A stretch of 63,842 bases of DNA, the filler included, from Bigelowiella natans CCMP2755 (taxonomy: Eukaryota; Protista; Cercozoa): NCBI GenBank assembly GCA_000320545.1. It is 3 parts of 3 records of this genome, joined end to end, with 100 filler letters (N's around TTAATTAATTAA, not from the genome) between each part and the next. Parts side by side here need not be neighbours in the genome. Positions count along the whole stretch, not along the records: positions 35,259 to 63,842 come from ADNK01001847.1; 2 more parts are not named here. One strand, written 5' to 3'. Shown in pieces: positions 43,045 through 55,898 of this stretch. Each line of letters starts with the position of its first letter. The first letter of the stretch is position 1. The notes below the pieces were generated by a model. The model ran no database searches. It was not told where the DNA came from and saw nothing but the letters and a program-made list of their open reading frames with translations. The position numbers and the translations under genes were made by a program.

Positions 43045-46024
43045 ATGACTTCGACGTTCGCCCCCGTCTCGCCGAATACAAAAGAGATGGATAGCATATT
43101 TATGGCAAAGAAGCAGAACAACCTGAAGTCCCCTTCGCTGTGTGTAACAGGGCTCCAGGTGGACGTTCCTGACATTGCGATACTTAAGAAGATTAACTTT
43201 GAGAGTTACCGGGGAGAGCTTCAGGGCATCTTGGGTCCTTCTGGAGCGGGAAAGTCCACGTTGTTAAGATGTCTCGCAGGAAAACGGATCGAGGGCACGG
43301 TACTTAATACCTCATTTTTAATTAATGAAAAATCATCTGATTCATCATTTTACAGCATATCGGTGCTTTCACACTCCATGGCCAGCTGATGGAAGATCGA
43401 GAAAATATGTGTTCGAAGATTGCATTTCTAGTATGCACCATCATACGGAAGCTATGGCAGGAGAAACTTTGCTAATTTAAATGTTTTTCCTTTTATTTTT
43501 TTTTCAAGGAACAAGAAGAATGTCTGATTGGAACCCAAACTGTTTTCGAAGCGTTGATGTTTGTTGCCCGACTATACTACTCAAGCACAGTACTAGACCT
43601 TAGCTGAAGAAAATATCAAAAAGTTACAGATATGAAAATTTCAGTCATATCAAGAATCAAAACTGAAGCGCTTAGTGTCCACCACCATAGATAAATTAGG
43701 CCTCTCACATCGGTAAGCAGCCATTTATCACTTTCCTACACTGGTTTAAACTATTAATTATTTTACGTTGATAGACGTGATACTTTGATTGGAGACGTCA
43801 CGTTTAAGGTACCAAAATACTCCTGGATGTAAGCAAATGGAAGATAAGATACATTCATTTGGTCAGAGTTTGTCTGGAGGAGAAAAGAGACGGGTTTCCA
43901 TCGGGGAGCAACTCGTAATAGTTATTTATGAAAAAAAAATAATGTTAAACAACTTTTTAACACAGGTTAAGAATCCTGACGTCATCCTTCTTGATGAGCC
44001 TACTTCGGGTACTTTCATTACAATCGCCGCTTGAATTCAGATATAAGCGATAGTATGGACTTCATCCAGGTCTTGATTCTAAGAATGCAATTGGAATCAT
44101 GTTGCTACTTAAAGACCTGGCCTCTAAAGTAAGAAAATTTAACATCAAGCAGTGTTTACAACAAATGAAAATATCCTATTGATATTATCCAGGGGAGCAC
44201 AGTTATAACATCTTTGCATCAACCATCTTCTCGAATTACTGCATTGTTCGACCGAGTCTGTTTGATGACGAACGGACACGTGGTAAATAAGATATTATGT
44301 GTCAAATAGTACCATCTCACGATTATTAACATTCAGATATTTAATGGCACGGTTCCTAGATGCTTGAAATTTTTTTCATCAAATGGATATCCATGTCCAA
44401 AAATGTGAGAAGATGGACATGCAATAGAAAAGTCTTCAATGTTAATATTGGGTAAAATTAGGTATAATCCAAGTGATCATTTTCTAGATTGCTTAAGTGA
44501 ACGACGCTTCAGGTCAGGTAGAGTCATTGGTGGTGGGGCTACGAGGATATCACCGGTTGACTACAAGAAGAAAGTCAGCAATGCTGGCGACATTGAACTT
44601 GGTATGATGAACGAGGTAAGTGGAATGTATCCATCAAGTTTGGGAGTCCAGGGAGCAGATCTAAGTGCGAACAGAAAATTGAGTGAGAATTCAGTTTCTC
44701 AGTCGGATAACAAAATGCAGTATTCACCCCCCCTTCAACCTTCAATAAGCCAGCGCAATTTCGAGTCTTCAACAAATGTATTAGAAAAACCATCATCATC
44801 CAATAAGGACGGTGCTTCAGGGAGTGCTCCTAATCCACTATTGGGCGACAAGGCGAGCCTTATGTCACCTACAGTCTCAACTGTGCCGCCAACAAAACCC
44901 TCGAATTCTGGCTATTCGTCACCCCGAAGCATGCGCGGCGACGATGATGATGATGATCGATCAGCATTTGCAGGAAGGTGTACATCAGCTTATTGTTGTG
45001 AAAGCAGATAGCATATTACCATTCTCCGAATATTGAAATGATTTACAGATTTCGATATAATTTTTGGAGTAAAGAGGGACAATGGAGTCGAAATGCATCT
45101 CGAGGGGCAAGCGCTTCCTGGTGGCTTCAATATCGGGTGAAAGAGTCATATCATTGTTGACGGTTCAATATAACGACTCAATTTTATTTTGATTAGATGC
45201 TAACCACACGAAAATTACAGCAGTGGCGACGGAATCCCATCCTGTTCATGTCTGAAATGCTCCAGTTTATTCTAAAAGGCGTTTACATTGGAAGTTTATA
45301 TCATCCTCTTCCATCGGACCTAGAACGTGGTTCTTTCGAAAGATTTGCTTCCTTATTCACTCTCCTCGCTGCAATATGCTTTACTCCGATATTTACAGCA
45401 ATCTCCGTGTTTCAGCTTGAAAAATATGTTCTTCGAAAAGAGGTGCCAACAGGACTATATTCCCTTTCAGCTTACCTTGCAGGGCTCACAACGACTTCGC
45501 TATTTATCGAATCTATCATGAGTATGATGTATTGTATTGTGACGTACTGGTTTTTGGGATTACAAGATGAGGGAATAAAATTTTTTATATTTTACTACAC
45601 CCTGACTATATTCATCATGATATCCGAAAGCATGGGATTGATCTGCGTTTACAGTGGGCAGCTTCTCGGAAGCGGGGGGGATGGAGATTCATTGACTTTC
45701 TTTCTAATTACTCCTATATACATTCTTATTACTCTATCTGGATTCTTAGCAGTAGAAACTCCTATATATTATCAATGGATTCAATGGATAAATTATTTTC
45801 ATTACACAACGGCCATCCTTGTCGAGAACGAAATGTCAGGTTTAACATTTCGTCAGGAAGTAGCCCCGGGGGTTGAAGTAGAAATTGATGGAGTGGATGC
45901 AATTCGCGATAGTTTTAGGAATGGACTAAGTTTGTCTGAGAATCTCGTCATTATTACTTCAATGTTTGTGATCACAAGAACACTGTCTTTTCTTGCCTTG
46001 ATTCGTATCAAAGATTTCCAATGA
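43045..46024 (+). CDS. ABCG (White-family) half transporter, NBD-TMD
   Basis: Walker A GPSGAGKST, signature LSGGEKRRVSIG, Walker B ILLDEPTSG|LD, H-loop SLHQP and YNPSDHF. The C-terminal ABC2 membrane domain lies at 45197-46024. Many short introns. Confidence 0.93.
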
Positions 46025-47050
46025 ATCCATTCGGCAAAACTTGAGATGAAGCCATCATTTTGTCAAATTTGGATTTTGGGGTGTCATGTCATTTCCGGAT
46101 GTTGCATTCATTTTTGTTCTGCATTGCTTTTGTGACTCTTCACAAATTAAATCTTCAAAATTGTTTCATTCATCACGCAACATCACTGTGCGCGACAAAT
46201 GTAGTTTGCCAACGCACGAAAGAGATTGCATGGTTCCCAATCGGCACATGCAATTGTCTAGTCATCATTGTGCATGTTGCGTGCATGCGTACTGCTCACA
46301 ATGCACAGCCTTTTGAAATGAATGCACGCTCTAGGGCTAGTCATGTTTGTGATGAAAGCAGTCTCATCTTGCAATTTTTAGATTTCCAAGTTGCATTCAT
46401 TCGTCAACAAGTTTGGAACTGTGCTCACATGCAGTCTACTTAGTTTAGCTAGCTAGCTAGCTAGCAGTTATGCCCCCCCTTGCATTCATTGTTGCATGCA
46501 GTCCACATCTAGACATCCAGCTCCTTTTCTGCACCATGCACTTTCATCTACGAGCTAGGCTAGCTAGCTAGTAGGACTAGAGGACACTAGGACAGTGTTG
46601 GCAGAATCCAGAACAGCCGGCATGAACAGTGCTAGAGGGGGAGAGACTGGGACAGCAATGCAGCCCAGCAAAGCCACACCTCTCTAGCTCTGCTCATCAC
46701 GTGTAGCTAAGTGCTGCACAATGCTAGAATGATCGAAGGTCATGCTGATTTCCCGTCTCCGAGCGCCGACATGCCAGCATCAATGTGCGCAGAAGTTTCC
46801 TGATTTTTCCTCAAGAGCTTTTCTTGAGCAGCTTGAGCAGCTGCAGCCCACAGGGTGGGAGCAGACAGTGGTCAACCCAAAATCACAGGCACCATAGTCA
46901 TGGAAGCAGATTTCTCCGAGCATTGATTGCATGTTGGTAGAACACAGCAGTCCACACTCGTCACGCTAACTCTGATGCTACCACCCCATCTTGGATGGAT
47001 GTTTCAGAGAACGAACTATCAACAGCTAATGCCATTCCAACCTTCGAACA

Positions 47051-47845
47051 TCAGAAGACATGTATTTTTTTAGGCCCGAGTTTGTGATGCCTGGCAGTCC
47101 AGCTAAACAAATTCCCTTCCATCATTGTGAGACGTGCCAAATGAAGCATGGTCACAGCGAGGATAAAATTCCCTCCTCCCGCTTGCAACACTCCACTCAT
47201 TGTGTGAACAGGTCCGTCGAAGCACAAATCTCCATGTTTAACAACCGTAGGACTAAGTAAAAATGAAAATCTCTCTGGGCGAAAGTACTTCGCTGAGTGC
47301 AAAACCGCGCATGTGCCATGAACGCTGCCCATGAAGAACATGAAGAACTGCGTGTGCAGCTCAAAACTGACACTACTTTCTTCGAATGCGGAAAACATGA
47401 CCGAAGAGAGTAAAGTCAATCCAAGGTAGTGCACGCAGAGTATCATGTGCAGCACCAGATCACTCGCACGATGCACACCGAAAAGAATCGTCCAACCACG
47501 TGAATTCGAATTCGTTGCAACCTTCCGGTTCAAAAACTGTCCCATTGCCGCTGATTTACCCTCAACTAGGCTTGACATTAGAAAGAAGGAGTGATTACTT
47601 GAAATGTACAGCACAAACAGCTTCCAGATCCATCCTACATCGGTTTGAAGGTCGATTTGTCTGCTCAACCTGGTGGTACACTTGATGATTTTCAAGGACT
47701 CGACATCTGCGAAAACAGATTTTAAGACTAGTGGTAGCACAATTGCCAAGAAGACAGATGCCAGCGCTGTAACGATGGTCCGATGTTTCGGCCGCCTCCC
47801 TCCCCCATCGTGTTTGCGCGCCCACATTTGTTCCACCGCTTCCAC
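47051..47845 (-). CDS. Hypothetical multi-pass membrane protein, 264 aa, intronless
   Basis: Uninterrupted ATG-initiated ORF with several hydrophobic segments; no family recognised. Confidence 0.6.
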   Translation of the reverse strand: MEAVEQMWARKHDGGGRRPKHRTIVTALASVFLAIVLPLVLKSVFADVESLKIIKCTTRLSRQIDLQTDVGWIWKLFVLYISSNHSFFLMSSLVEGKSAAMGQFLNRKVATNSNSRGWTILFGVHRASDLVLHMILCVHYLGLTLLSSVMFSAFEESSVSFELHTQFFMFFMGSVHGTCAVLHSAKYFRPERFSFLLSPTVVKHGDLCFDGPVHTMSGVLQAGGGNFILAVTMLHLARLTMMEGNLFSWTARHHKLGPKKIHVF

Positions 47846-48508
47846 CTCCGCTGCTCTTCCTACTGGGTAGCGGAAACGGCTGGCAGAAGGAGGAAGGAGG
47901 GTGGCAGAGCCAGTGAGTGACCCCGGGGGAGCAGGGCAAAATTTTAAACAAAGCTAGTACCGTACTAGACTAATCTCCGAGATCTGCCTCTGTGTGCCGG
48001 AGTTGGTCGGTCTGTCAGGAGAGGGAAACGGCTGGGGGGAGACTTCGTGACTGGGGGAGGGGGAAATGGAAAAAATGGCCTATGATCCCGAACGAAAGAC
48101 ATCAAAAACTGCATGTCGCAACCCGAGGAAACAGTCGTAATAATGATGATGATGATAATAATACCAAGGGCATTTCTTCTTGCGTGCCGACGGAGCGGGC
48201 AGCAAACCGGAGAACCTCTACCAAGGGGGAGGGGAAGCTGTTAAATGGGTCTGGGCTCTCAATTGCAACGAACACGTACCAACGCCATGCAGCATGTTAA
48301 CATGAAAGAGACTCTTAGCTATTGCCAGCCTACGCACTGTGTTGGAGGTACGCACTCAGTCAAAGAGGGAATTAAGCGCCAGCGGCCAAAAAGGTCAATC
48401 CAGTACCCTTGTGCTCGTAGACGTCACGAGCAGCAAATCGACCTCCCAAAAAAAGGTCCGAACACTCATGCACCACCGTCCGACATAGTCGAGAGAAACG
48501 CAGAAACC

Positions 48509-50113
48509 ATGGGGAGCCTCTCGAGCAAGATGAGGAAGTGGAGAAGGAGCAAGAAGAAGGGCGGCTTCAAGCAGCAGAGGGGCACGATGAGACCCCAGAA
48601 GAGCCACCTCTGCTCGCCATCTACACGGTGCTCGAAAGGAGACACGGAGGGGCATCGTCGGGTCGACTCGCGAAGGTACCAGATGTACAACACGACCGAG
48701 AGCATCATCCTCGTAGAGTCGCAGACTAGGAAGACGAGCTCTGTCAGGCTGTCCAAGTCGAGCATCTCGTCGGAGCGGATTAATGCGGAGGGTAGGCCTA
48801 ACGACCAAAAGGGATGGAACGCCAATCAGCACCAGCAGCTGCCGCCGCCTCCGCCGCCTCCTCCTCCTCCGCCGCCGCCGCCGCCGCCGCAGGTTACAAA
48901 GCACTCGTTCACAGTCAACAACTGCACAGTCGTCTCGGCGGCAAATAGGCTTACTTCGGAAGCGAAAAGGAGACGGGGAGCACCAAGGAAGTACAAGCGA
49001 GTCATTCACGAAAAAAACGTGTACGATTTTGATGCCAAATATAACCTAATCTGCACGCTCGGTGAGGGCGCTTACGGGAAGGTTGTGAAGGCTCGGGATA
49101 CGGAGAAGAACAGGTATGTCGCGATCAAGAAGATCCAAAGGCTGATGGATGACACGATCGATGCGAAGAGGGTTTTGAGAGAGATTAAGATTCTCAGGCA
49201 TCTCAAGCAGCACCGCAACATCGTGCAGCTCTACGATGTGTTCGCACCCCCCATGCGCTACTTCAACTCCCTGTACATCGTGTTTGAGTTCGTGGAGACG
49301 GACCTACACAAGATCATTCAGTCAGCGGAGCACATACTCGAGAAGGTGCACGTGCAGCACATCATCTATCAACTGCTCTGCGGCCTCAAGTTTATCCATT
49401 CGGCGAGCATTTGGCATCGCGACTTGAAGCCGGCCAACATTCTCATCAGCCGTGATGGAACCGCTAGGATCGCCGATTTCGGGCTGTCGCGGGGCGTGAG
49501 TGATGAGTCCCCCAATTGCGTGACGGAATACATCGTCACGAGATGGTACCGCGCCCCTGAGGTGATTCTCAACTGCACGTACGACCACAGAATAGACATC
49601 TGGTCCCTCGGGTGTATCATGGCCGAGATGTACAAGCGCCGCGCCGTCTTCAAAGGCGTCGACTCGCGAAGCCAGATCTCTCTGTACCTCAACAGCATGG
49701 GCGAGACCGCGGACGACACGAAGTTCATCACCAACAGGCACGCGAGGAACTTCGTGGCGAAATACGTGGCCCAGCTTGGGAGACGACCGAGCAAGAAGAG
49801 ATCCCTAAGAGAGCTGTGCTCAGGGATATGCGAGGAGGGGCTGGATCTGCTCTGCAAGCTGCTATCGTTTGACCCGCGCCATCGGATATCAGTCGATGAA
49901 GCCCTTCAGCACTCATTTTTCAATCGCTGCAGAACACGGGAAGACAGTGACCACGAGGCGATCCACAACTCCGCCTTTGACTTCAGCTTCGAGAAAGACC
50001 TTGGAAAGTGCGGGGACGACGAGGATCGCGTCTGCAGCGTCCTGCAGAGGGGTTTCATTGACGAGTTAGAACGGTACTCACAGCTTCCGCTGGAAATCAA
50101 AGCAGCAAATTAG
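48509..50113 (+). CDS. Mitogen-activated protein kinase (TEY type), intronless, long N-terminal extension
   Basis: GEGAYGKV, VAIKKI, AKRVLREIKILRHL, HRDLKPAN, IADFGLSR and TEYIVTRWYRAPE. Probable start MGSLSSK at 48509; the ORF is open from 48245. Confidence 0.93.
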   Translation: MGSLSSKMRKWRRSKKKGGFKQQRGTMRPQKSHLCSPSTRCSKGDTEGHRRVDSRRYQMYNTTESIILVESQTRKTSSVRLSKSSISSERINAEGRPNDQKGWNANQHQQLPPPPPPPPPPPPPPPPQVTKHSFTVNNCTVVSAANRLTSEAKRRRGAPRKYKRVIHEKNVYDFDAKYNLICTLGEGAYGKVVKARDTEKNRYVAIKKIQRLMDDTIDAKRVLREIKILRHLKQHRNIVQLYDVFAPPMRYFNSLYIVFEFVETDLHKIIQSAEHILEKVHVQHIIYQLLCGLKFIHSASIWHRDLKPANILISRDGTARIADFGLSRGVSDESPNCVTEYIVTRWYRAPEVILNCTYDHRIDIWSLGCIMAEMYKRRAVFKGVDSRSQISLYLNSMGETADDTKFITNRHARNFVAKYVAQLGRRPSKKRSLRELCSGICEEGLDLLCKLLSFDPRHRISVDEALQHSFFNRCRTREDSDHEAIHNSAFDFSFEKDLGKCGDDEDRVCSVLQRGFIDELERYSQLPLEIKAAN

Positions 50114-51508
50114 ATATGCAAGATTTAGTAGCAATGATGTTATTGCCCAACCCCTCCCCTACCCGCACAAAACTAGCTGCGGAAAGGCGGAATACCCGTA
50201 CAGTAGTGATCCGTCCCGCTACAATCACCACTCCCATGTATTTCATCGTGCACGGTCATCAATCAGCCATCGGCATATTTTTAGCCCGAGATCGATACTG
50301 CTGTGTGTGACGAAGTCTACAATCCATCGCACTTTGAAATTATAGAGGCGCCGTTCCCGATCAGTTCTGGTAGCTCATTGTATGATGTACATATGTGGTG
50401 GAGAGCAAACGGTCCAATATGCTAATCAACAAGTAGACCTGTAGGTAACACAAGCAATGAAATAAGGGAATTGTGGCTTTAAATGAATGAACAGCCGCAT
50501 AGTCGATGGCGTTACATGTTGCAACGTCCATAGCGTTTCGCCCGCAAAGTGTGTTGTACAAAGTACGTATCACAGCGTTGCGCTACGCAATGCTAGAATG
50601 CTCTAGTATTGCCTCTAGCATTACGTGTGTGTAGCATGCTAGCATGTAGTCAATGGATGTGTAAAGTGTGGCTACGCTGTGCCTGCTGCTTAGGCGTGTG
50701 AGCAGCGTCACACAACGTACATGCAGTAGACTACAGCAATGCACGTGCGTCGTACTGCTGATATCTGCTGGGCAAGCTAGAAAGCAATGTATGATGCTAG
50801 CTGTGCGCACATGGCAACATGGCATGTGTAGCAGTAGGCCCATATCGCAGCATCGTCGCGTGCATGTGCACATGTCTTGTCTAGGTGTACGTACGTATAC
50901 ATGCATGACATCGCTGTTCTACTGTGTGCCATAATGACATTCAGTGTACTGTTCTGTGCACTCTGCACCATTGCTACGTGACACATGCAGCCGCACGCAT
51001 GCATGTGGTTACGTCTATATATCTGCCATGTGCTAGTATGCACGATGTAACGACGCAAACTGCCGCGTGCTAGCGTGTAGTAGCTAGGAGACATGATTTC
51101 AAATGCGAGTCAATGTATGTGGCTGCTTCTCTACGCATGAACGCTGCATGTGTACATACATATGCAGCTCTAAACGGAGTAATGACATACATCTACGTGC
51201 ATCGAACCGACATGGCAATATTGAAGAGATTTAATCAACTTATTACATCCGTCCCATACATAACCGGCAGAAACCGAGTCTAAATGCTCGGTAGCTGCAA
51301 TCAGATTTATCTTGACACTACAGACCCCTTTTGCAGCGGCCCAGCAATGATGCAAGAGCTTCTCTCGATTGGTGTTGGTTGTGGTGGTAGTACTAAAGGC
51401 ATAGGGAGGCTTGTGATGGAATTGGCACGTGATAAAGTGCGAAAGGAGAGTTTTCCAATGAGATATGACGGGAGGAGGAGGAGGAGGGAGGGTGTCAGAG
51501 AATCCAGA

Positions 51509-52650
51509 TCAGAATTGTTCTTCGACGATACCCATGTACACGTACTGGAAGATCACAGAGCAGCATACCTAAACCAGCATGGTTCCTGTTAGTTGTGCAC
51601 GCTTCCAAGATCGGATCATCATCATCATCATCATCAATAACAAAAACAATAACAATAACGACGACAGCAGCAGTACCACGATCATAATGAATATATTGAA
51701 TGATGGTGTTGATACCCCGAATATCCCCGCTTTCTCGTGGGCTGGTGTTGTCGCGATTACCCCTACACCGAGAGCTGTTGCCACAGAACCGAAATACTAA
51801 ACGAACACACAAAACACACACAAACGCACACACCGAATGGGGATGTGAATACGGCGCCCTTCGCTTTCGCATGGTCCAGCAAAACCGAATGCACTCGGCC
51901 AAGTAAAACAGGAAATGATATTATCTACCTGCGGATGTGCTGTGAAAACATTAAAGGGAAATCCAGTACAGTATGCAACGGGTTGTCCCAGGCGCACCCC
52001 ATAGTACACCCCCGCCTTTCCAATAGCCCGGTAGATTGCATTATTCAGAACCTAATCGTTTACCAGAGTGTGGCCAGAGAATCAGGAATCGTCTCGGTTT
52101 CAGGGGAAAAGGTGTATCTACCTGTCCGAAGATGAAGAGCTGCAGGCCTGTGATCCATTGGAACAGGGTCACATTTGCCACCGAGAACCATGGCGCGCTG
52201 TAATAGTACCAGAAGAATAGGCCGCCGAACTGGAAGAGCTTGTTGAAGAAAAACAGCCGCACGACCTGATTTTAGTAGCAGCAACAGCAGCAGCAGCAAA
52301 TATATGAGGAGGGCAGTCCCAGCGATGATTGATATGCTGCCTACCACATCAACGGGGGTACCCCACTCCCGAAGGAACGTGTTCTTGCACAGCTTCATGA
52401 ACCATCTAGATCGAACCCAAACAATGGTGTAGCACAAACGTTCCACAGCCATAGCAAAGAAGTTGGTCCAGAAAAGTGGGTCCTGCATCCATGTCCTCCA
52501 GTGCTTGAAAGAACCCATCCACCGGCTGACTTGCTGGTATGGAGTAGGTTCATTGCTGAGTTGAGTCCAGCAGTAGACCTGGGGGAGGACCATGCACATG
52601 AGCATAAAGAACTGTAGCTTCCTATTCATCACGAGTTTGGGAATCTCCAT
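51509..52650 (-). CDS. Phospholipid N-methyltransferase (PEMT/PLMT family)
   Basis: Five exons: ERLCYTIVW..., NKLFQF...LFIFGQ|VLNNAIYRAIGKAGVYYGVRLGQPVAYCTGFPFNVFTAHPQ|YFGSVAT...|...YVYMGIVEEQF*. Confidence 0.85.
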
Positions 52651-53872
52651 CTTTTCGCCGTTATCATTGAGCTTTCCGTAGCCGCTCTAAGAACACACGT
52701 GGAGCCACGAAAACAGAAAAATGCTTAAAATTATTTGGAAGATCTTGCCACACAAGAAGAGAATTGCTTTTAGGTACCGTGATCTTCCTAGGAGGAGAAA
52801 CATAGCGCAGAATTTGCTGCAGCTGTCGCTCGCAGGTAACCTTTGGCTTCTTTGAACCACCGAGGAGCTAAAATAGGAACATGTTAAGTGATAGTGCTCA
52901 CATTACGGCAGGACGTCGTCAGCTTCACCTTTCCCCCTTCGAATGAAAGATCATCATCATCACTCGTAAATTTTGCTTGTTGCTCACGCAAAGTCGCCGG
53001 CATGCTTTTCTCAGGAGGAAATCTAACTCAGAAAGGGGGGGCACGGCCGAATATGGCTGCAGACTTCAGCTCAACAGGCTTCGTTCCCGAGCCGAGCTTG
53101 CAAAAAAAAGGGCTTTTTTATTTTATTTTATGGCTTTTTTAATATGACGCTCTTTCTTAATTATTTCAATTCCTTTAATGATCGAAATTATCAGAGAAAG
53201 AACCTCTCTTACCTGCATTCTGTGTATAAAAAAGCTTGTCTATCAGCTTGATATTTCGCCTTTTACAGAATTAAAAATATGAATATATCATATTTTTACT
53301 CTAATTACGATATATTATGTTGCATTAGCGACAATATTGAAGCCATACGCGCGCTCTATGAATCGTTTTAAAATCTTAATTTTTATCGCTGCGTCGTCGG
53401 ATCGCAGCCGAGCTACGAAAAAAAGAATATGGACTGGAAAAAAAAAGCGCAATGTCTTGTTTCCGACAAATTAAAGTGCTGGATTCCTATGTAAGAAAAA
53501 TCTCAATATTTTCATCAGGGTATATGGTCGTATTTGCGATACTTATTTTAGACGACAATCAGTTTGAGGCTGATAATTACCAATCTGCTGACAATTTTTG
53601 GCCGATAAATTTGTATGGGCCCACATAAATCTGACTGTGCTAATATTCTATAAGCTTCATGAAACTCATTGAAATTCTTCGTACGATCAGATTATGTCTG
53701 GAAAAACAATGAAATCTTCAGAAATTATGTAAATGTGCTGTATTTGGAATAATATCTGAAATTGATACAAACATTATCAGTCTTAAAATAGGATCTTGGC
53801 GCATACTGATACCAGAGAGTCTCCTTCCAAACCTCTCTCACCCGTTCCCCCTCTGCGCACTTAGTCAAACAC

Positions 53873-54823
53873 ATGTTTAGGAACGACTACGACACCGATG
53901 TCACCACCTTCTCTCCTGCTGGTCGTATCCACCAGGTGGAATACGCTATCGCGGCTGTGAAACAGGGCTCTGCTTGTGTGGCTGTCAAGAGCGATACGCA
54001 TGCCGTGCTTGCGTGCGTAATGAGGAAGGAGAGCGAACTTGGTTCCCACCAGGAAAAACTATTCAAAGTTGACGACCACTTGGGCATTGGAATCTCTGGT
54101 CTTATAGCTGATGGCAGAGTGTTGTGCAAGTATCTAAGAACTGAAACCCTTAACCACAAATTTGTTTTCGAGGCTCCGATGCAGGTTGATTCATTTTGCC
54201 ATTCCAACATTTCGCAAAAGTGACAGAAATTGTACTAAAAGCACATTGCACAATGCGACAAAATTTGCTTTCGGTCCAAGATGAATCCTTTACATGTTTA
54301 TTCCTTCAATTTTTGAAATATATTGTTAAGTTTCGGCGGAACTAGGTCATAAAACGATGATGGTATGGTTGTATAGGTCGGCCGACTCGTGAAGCAACTT
54401 AGCGATAAGAGCCAAGTTTTCACTCAAACACAGCAAAAACGTCCGTATGGTGTCGGTCTCTTGGTGATAGGCTATGATGAGACCGGAGCGCATGTCTACG
54501 AGACTGTTCCATCTGGAAACTATTTCGAATATATCGCACAGGCAATGGGAAAACGATCACAGTCTGCAAGAACGTATCTTGAGAAATATTTCAAAGAGTT
54601 CAAGAGTATGGAACTCGGAGATCTAGTGAACCATGCTCTCAAATCTCTAAAGGGTGCCTCGGAAGAGAAATTGACGAAGTCGAATTGTGCCATCGCGTTT
54701 GTAGGCAAAGATAGGAAATTCACTGTTTTGACGGGTGATAAACTTGCACCATACATGGAACTCGCAGTTGAGGGCGATGAAGAGAAAAAAGAAGAAGCTA
54801 AGGAAATGGTTGAAGATTCCTAA
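53873..54823 (+). CDS. PSMA1: 20S proteasome subunit alpha type-1 (alpha-6)
   Basis: [40 protein letters not shown] and [10 protein letters not shown]. Exons 53873-54184 and 54377-54823. Confidence 0.96.
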
Positions 54824-55898
54824 ACTTGGGAGTCCGTGAACTGAAAAAAAACTTAGTATATGTGGTCTCAATGGGATTAGTCTTACGTAATCCATTATGA
54901 GAAACTTATCTCTTTAGAAAAGTGGGATCATAATATTTCATTCAGCTTCTCTGCAACTGACTGATGCAGTCAGCTGCAAGTCGTTGCTCGCGCTCCAATC
55001 TAGGCGGATCGCACGTAAGCATGCATTATAGTATAATATGTATCGTGTGACTAGCCGCGCGGGGATGGGAAATTTTGGTCATAGCAATTACATTCAGCTA
55101 ATTGGCGTGCAGTAAGAGTAGGTGACATAAGGACAGTATATCAGCAATAGCATGCACATGTGGCCCATATATGCATGCTAGCATGACAACATGTGTGTAT
55201 CGATCAGTCTAGCTAGCTATAGACTCAGATCTTAATCTGAGCTTTTTATTTTGCACAATAACAACAATTTGTTATATATTTGTATGCATGATGTTCAAAT
55301 TTCCTGCATTATAGGAGATGATCCATGCGCGTAATGAGTGTAGACAATGAGAACATGAACTCCCCATGCAGCTAGAGTACGATACATACATGCTAGCTAG
55401 CATGTGCGCGTGAGAAACTTGCTAGCTTGTGCAAATAACTAGAATAATAAATGATGAGCAAGTCTAAAAGTAGTAAGTAGAGATGAGGACAGCGCGCTGT
55501 TGTGGCATCTCAAAGTAGCAAGCAACTACTCTAGTACTACTAGCTAAGATAGAGGCCTGCATCGCACACGCACTATCATGTGCGATAATGGCAATGTTGC
55601 CAATAAATGCACAACTTTCACCGATCGTTGGCTTTGTACGTGCACTGTATAATGCACATGCGCTTTTTTGACGAGATTTAAGTGTACGTAGCTAATGGGC
55701 AGGTATGAGTCATTCCCGCTAGCCCACCATATTACAGCTGAATTGAAATAATTCTAGATACTATAATAAATGGTTAACTTTTGAAGTGCGAAATTGCACC
55801 TCACTCAGGGGTCCAAAGCTGGCTATACTGCCAACTATAACTTTACGATACGGTTGCTTTAGCAAATAGTAGTGAAATCACTGTAATATAATTATCCT

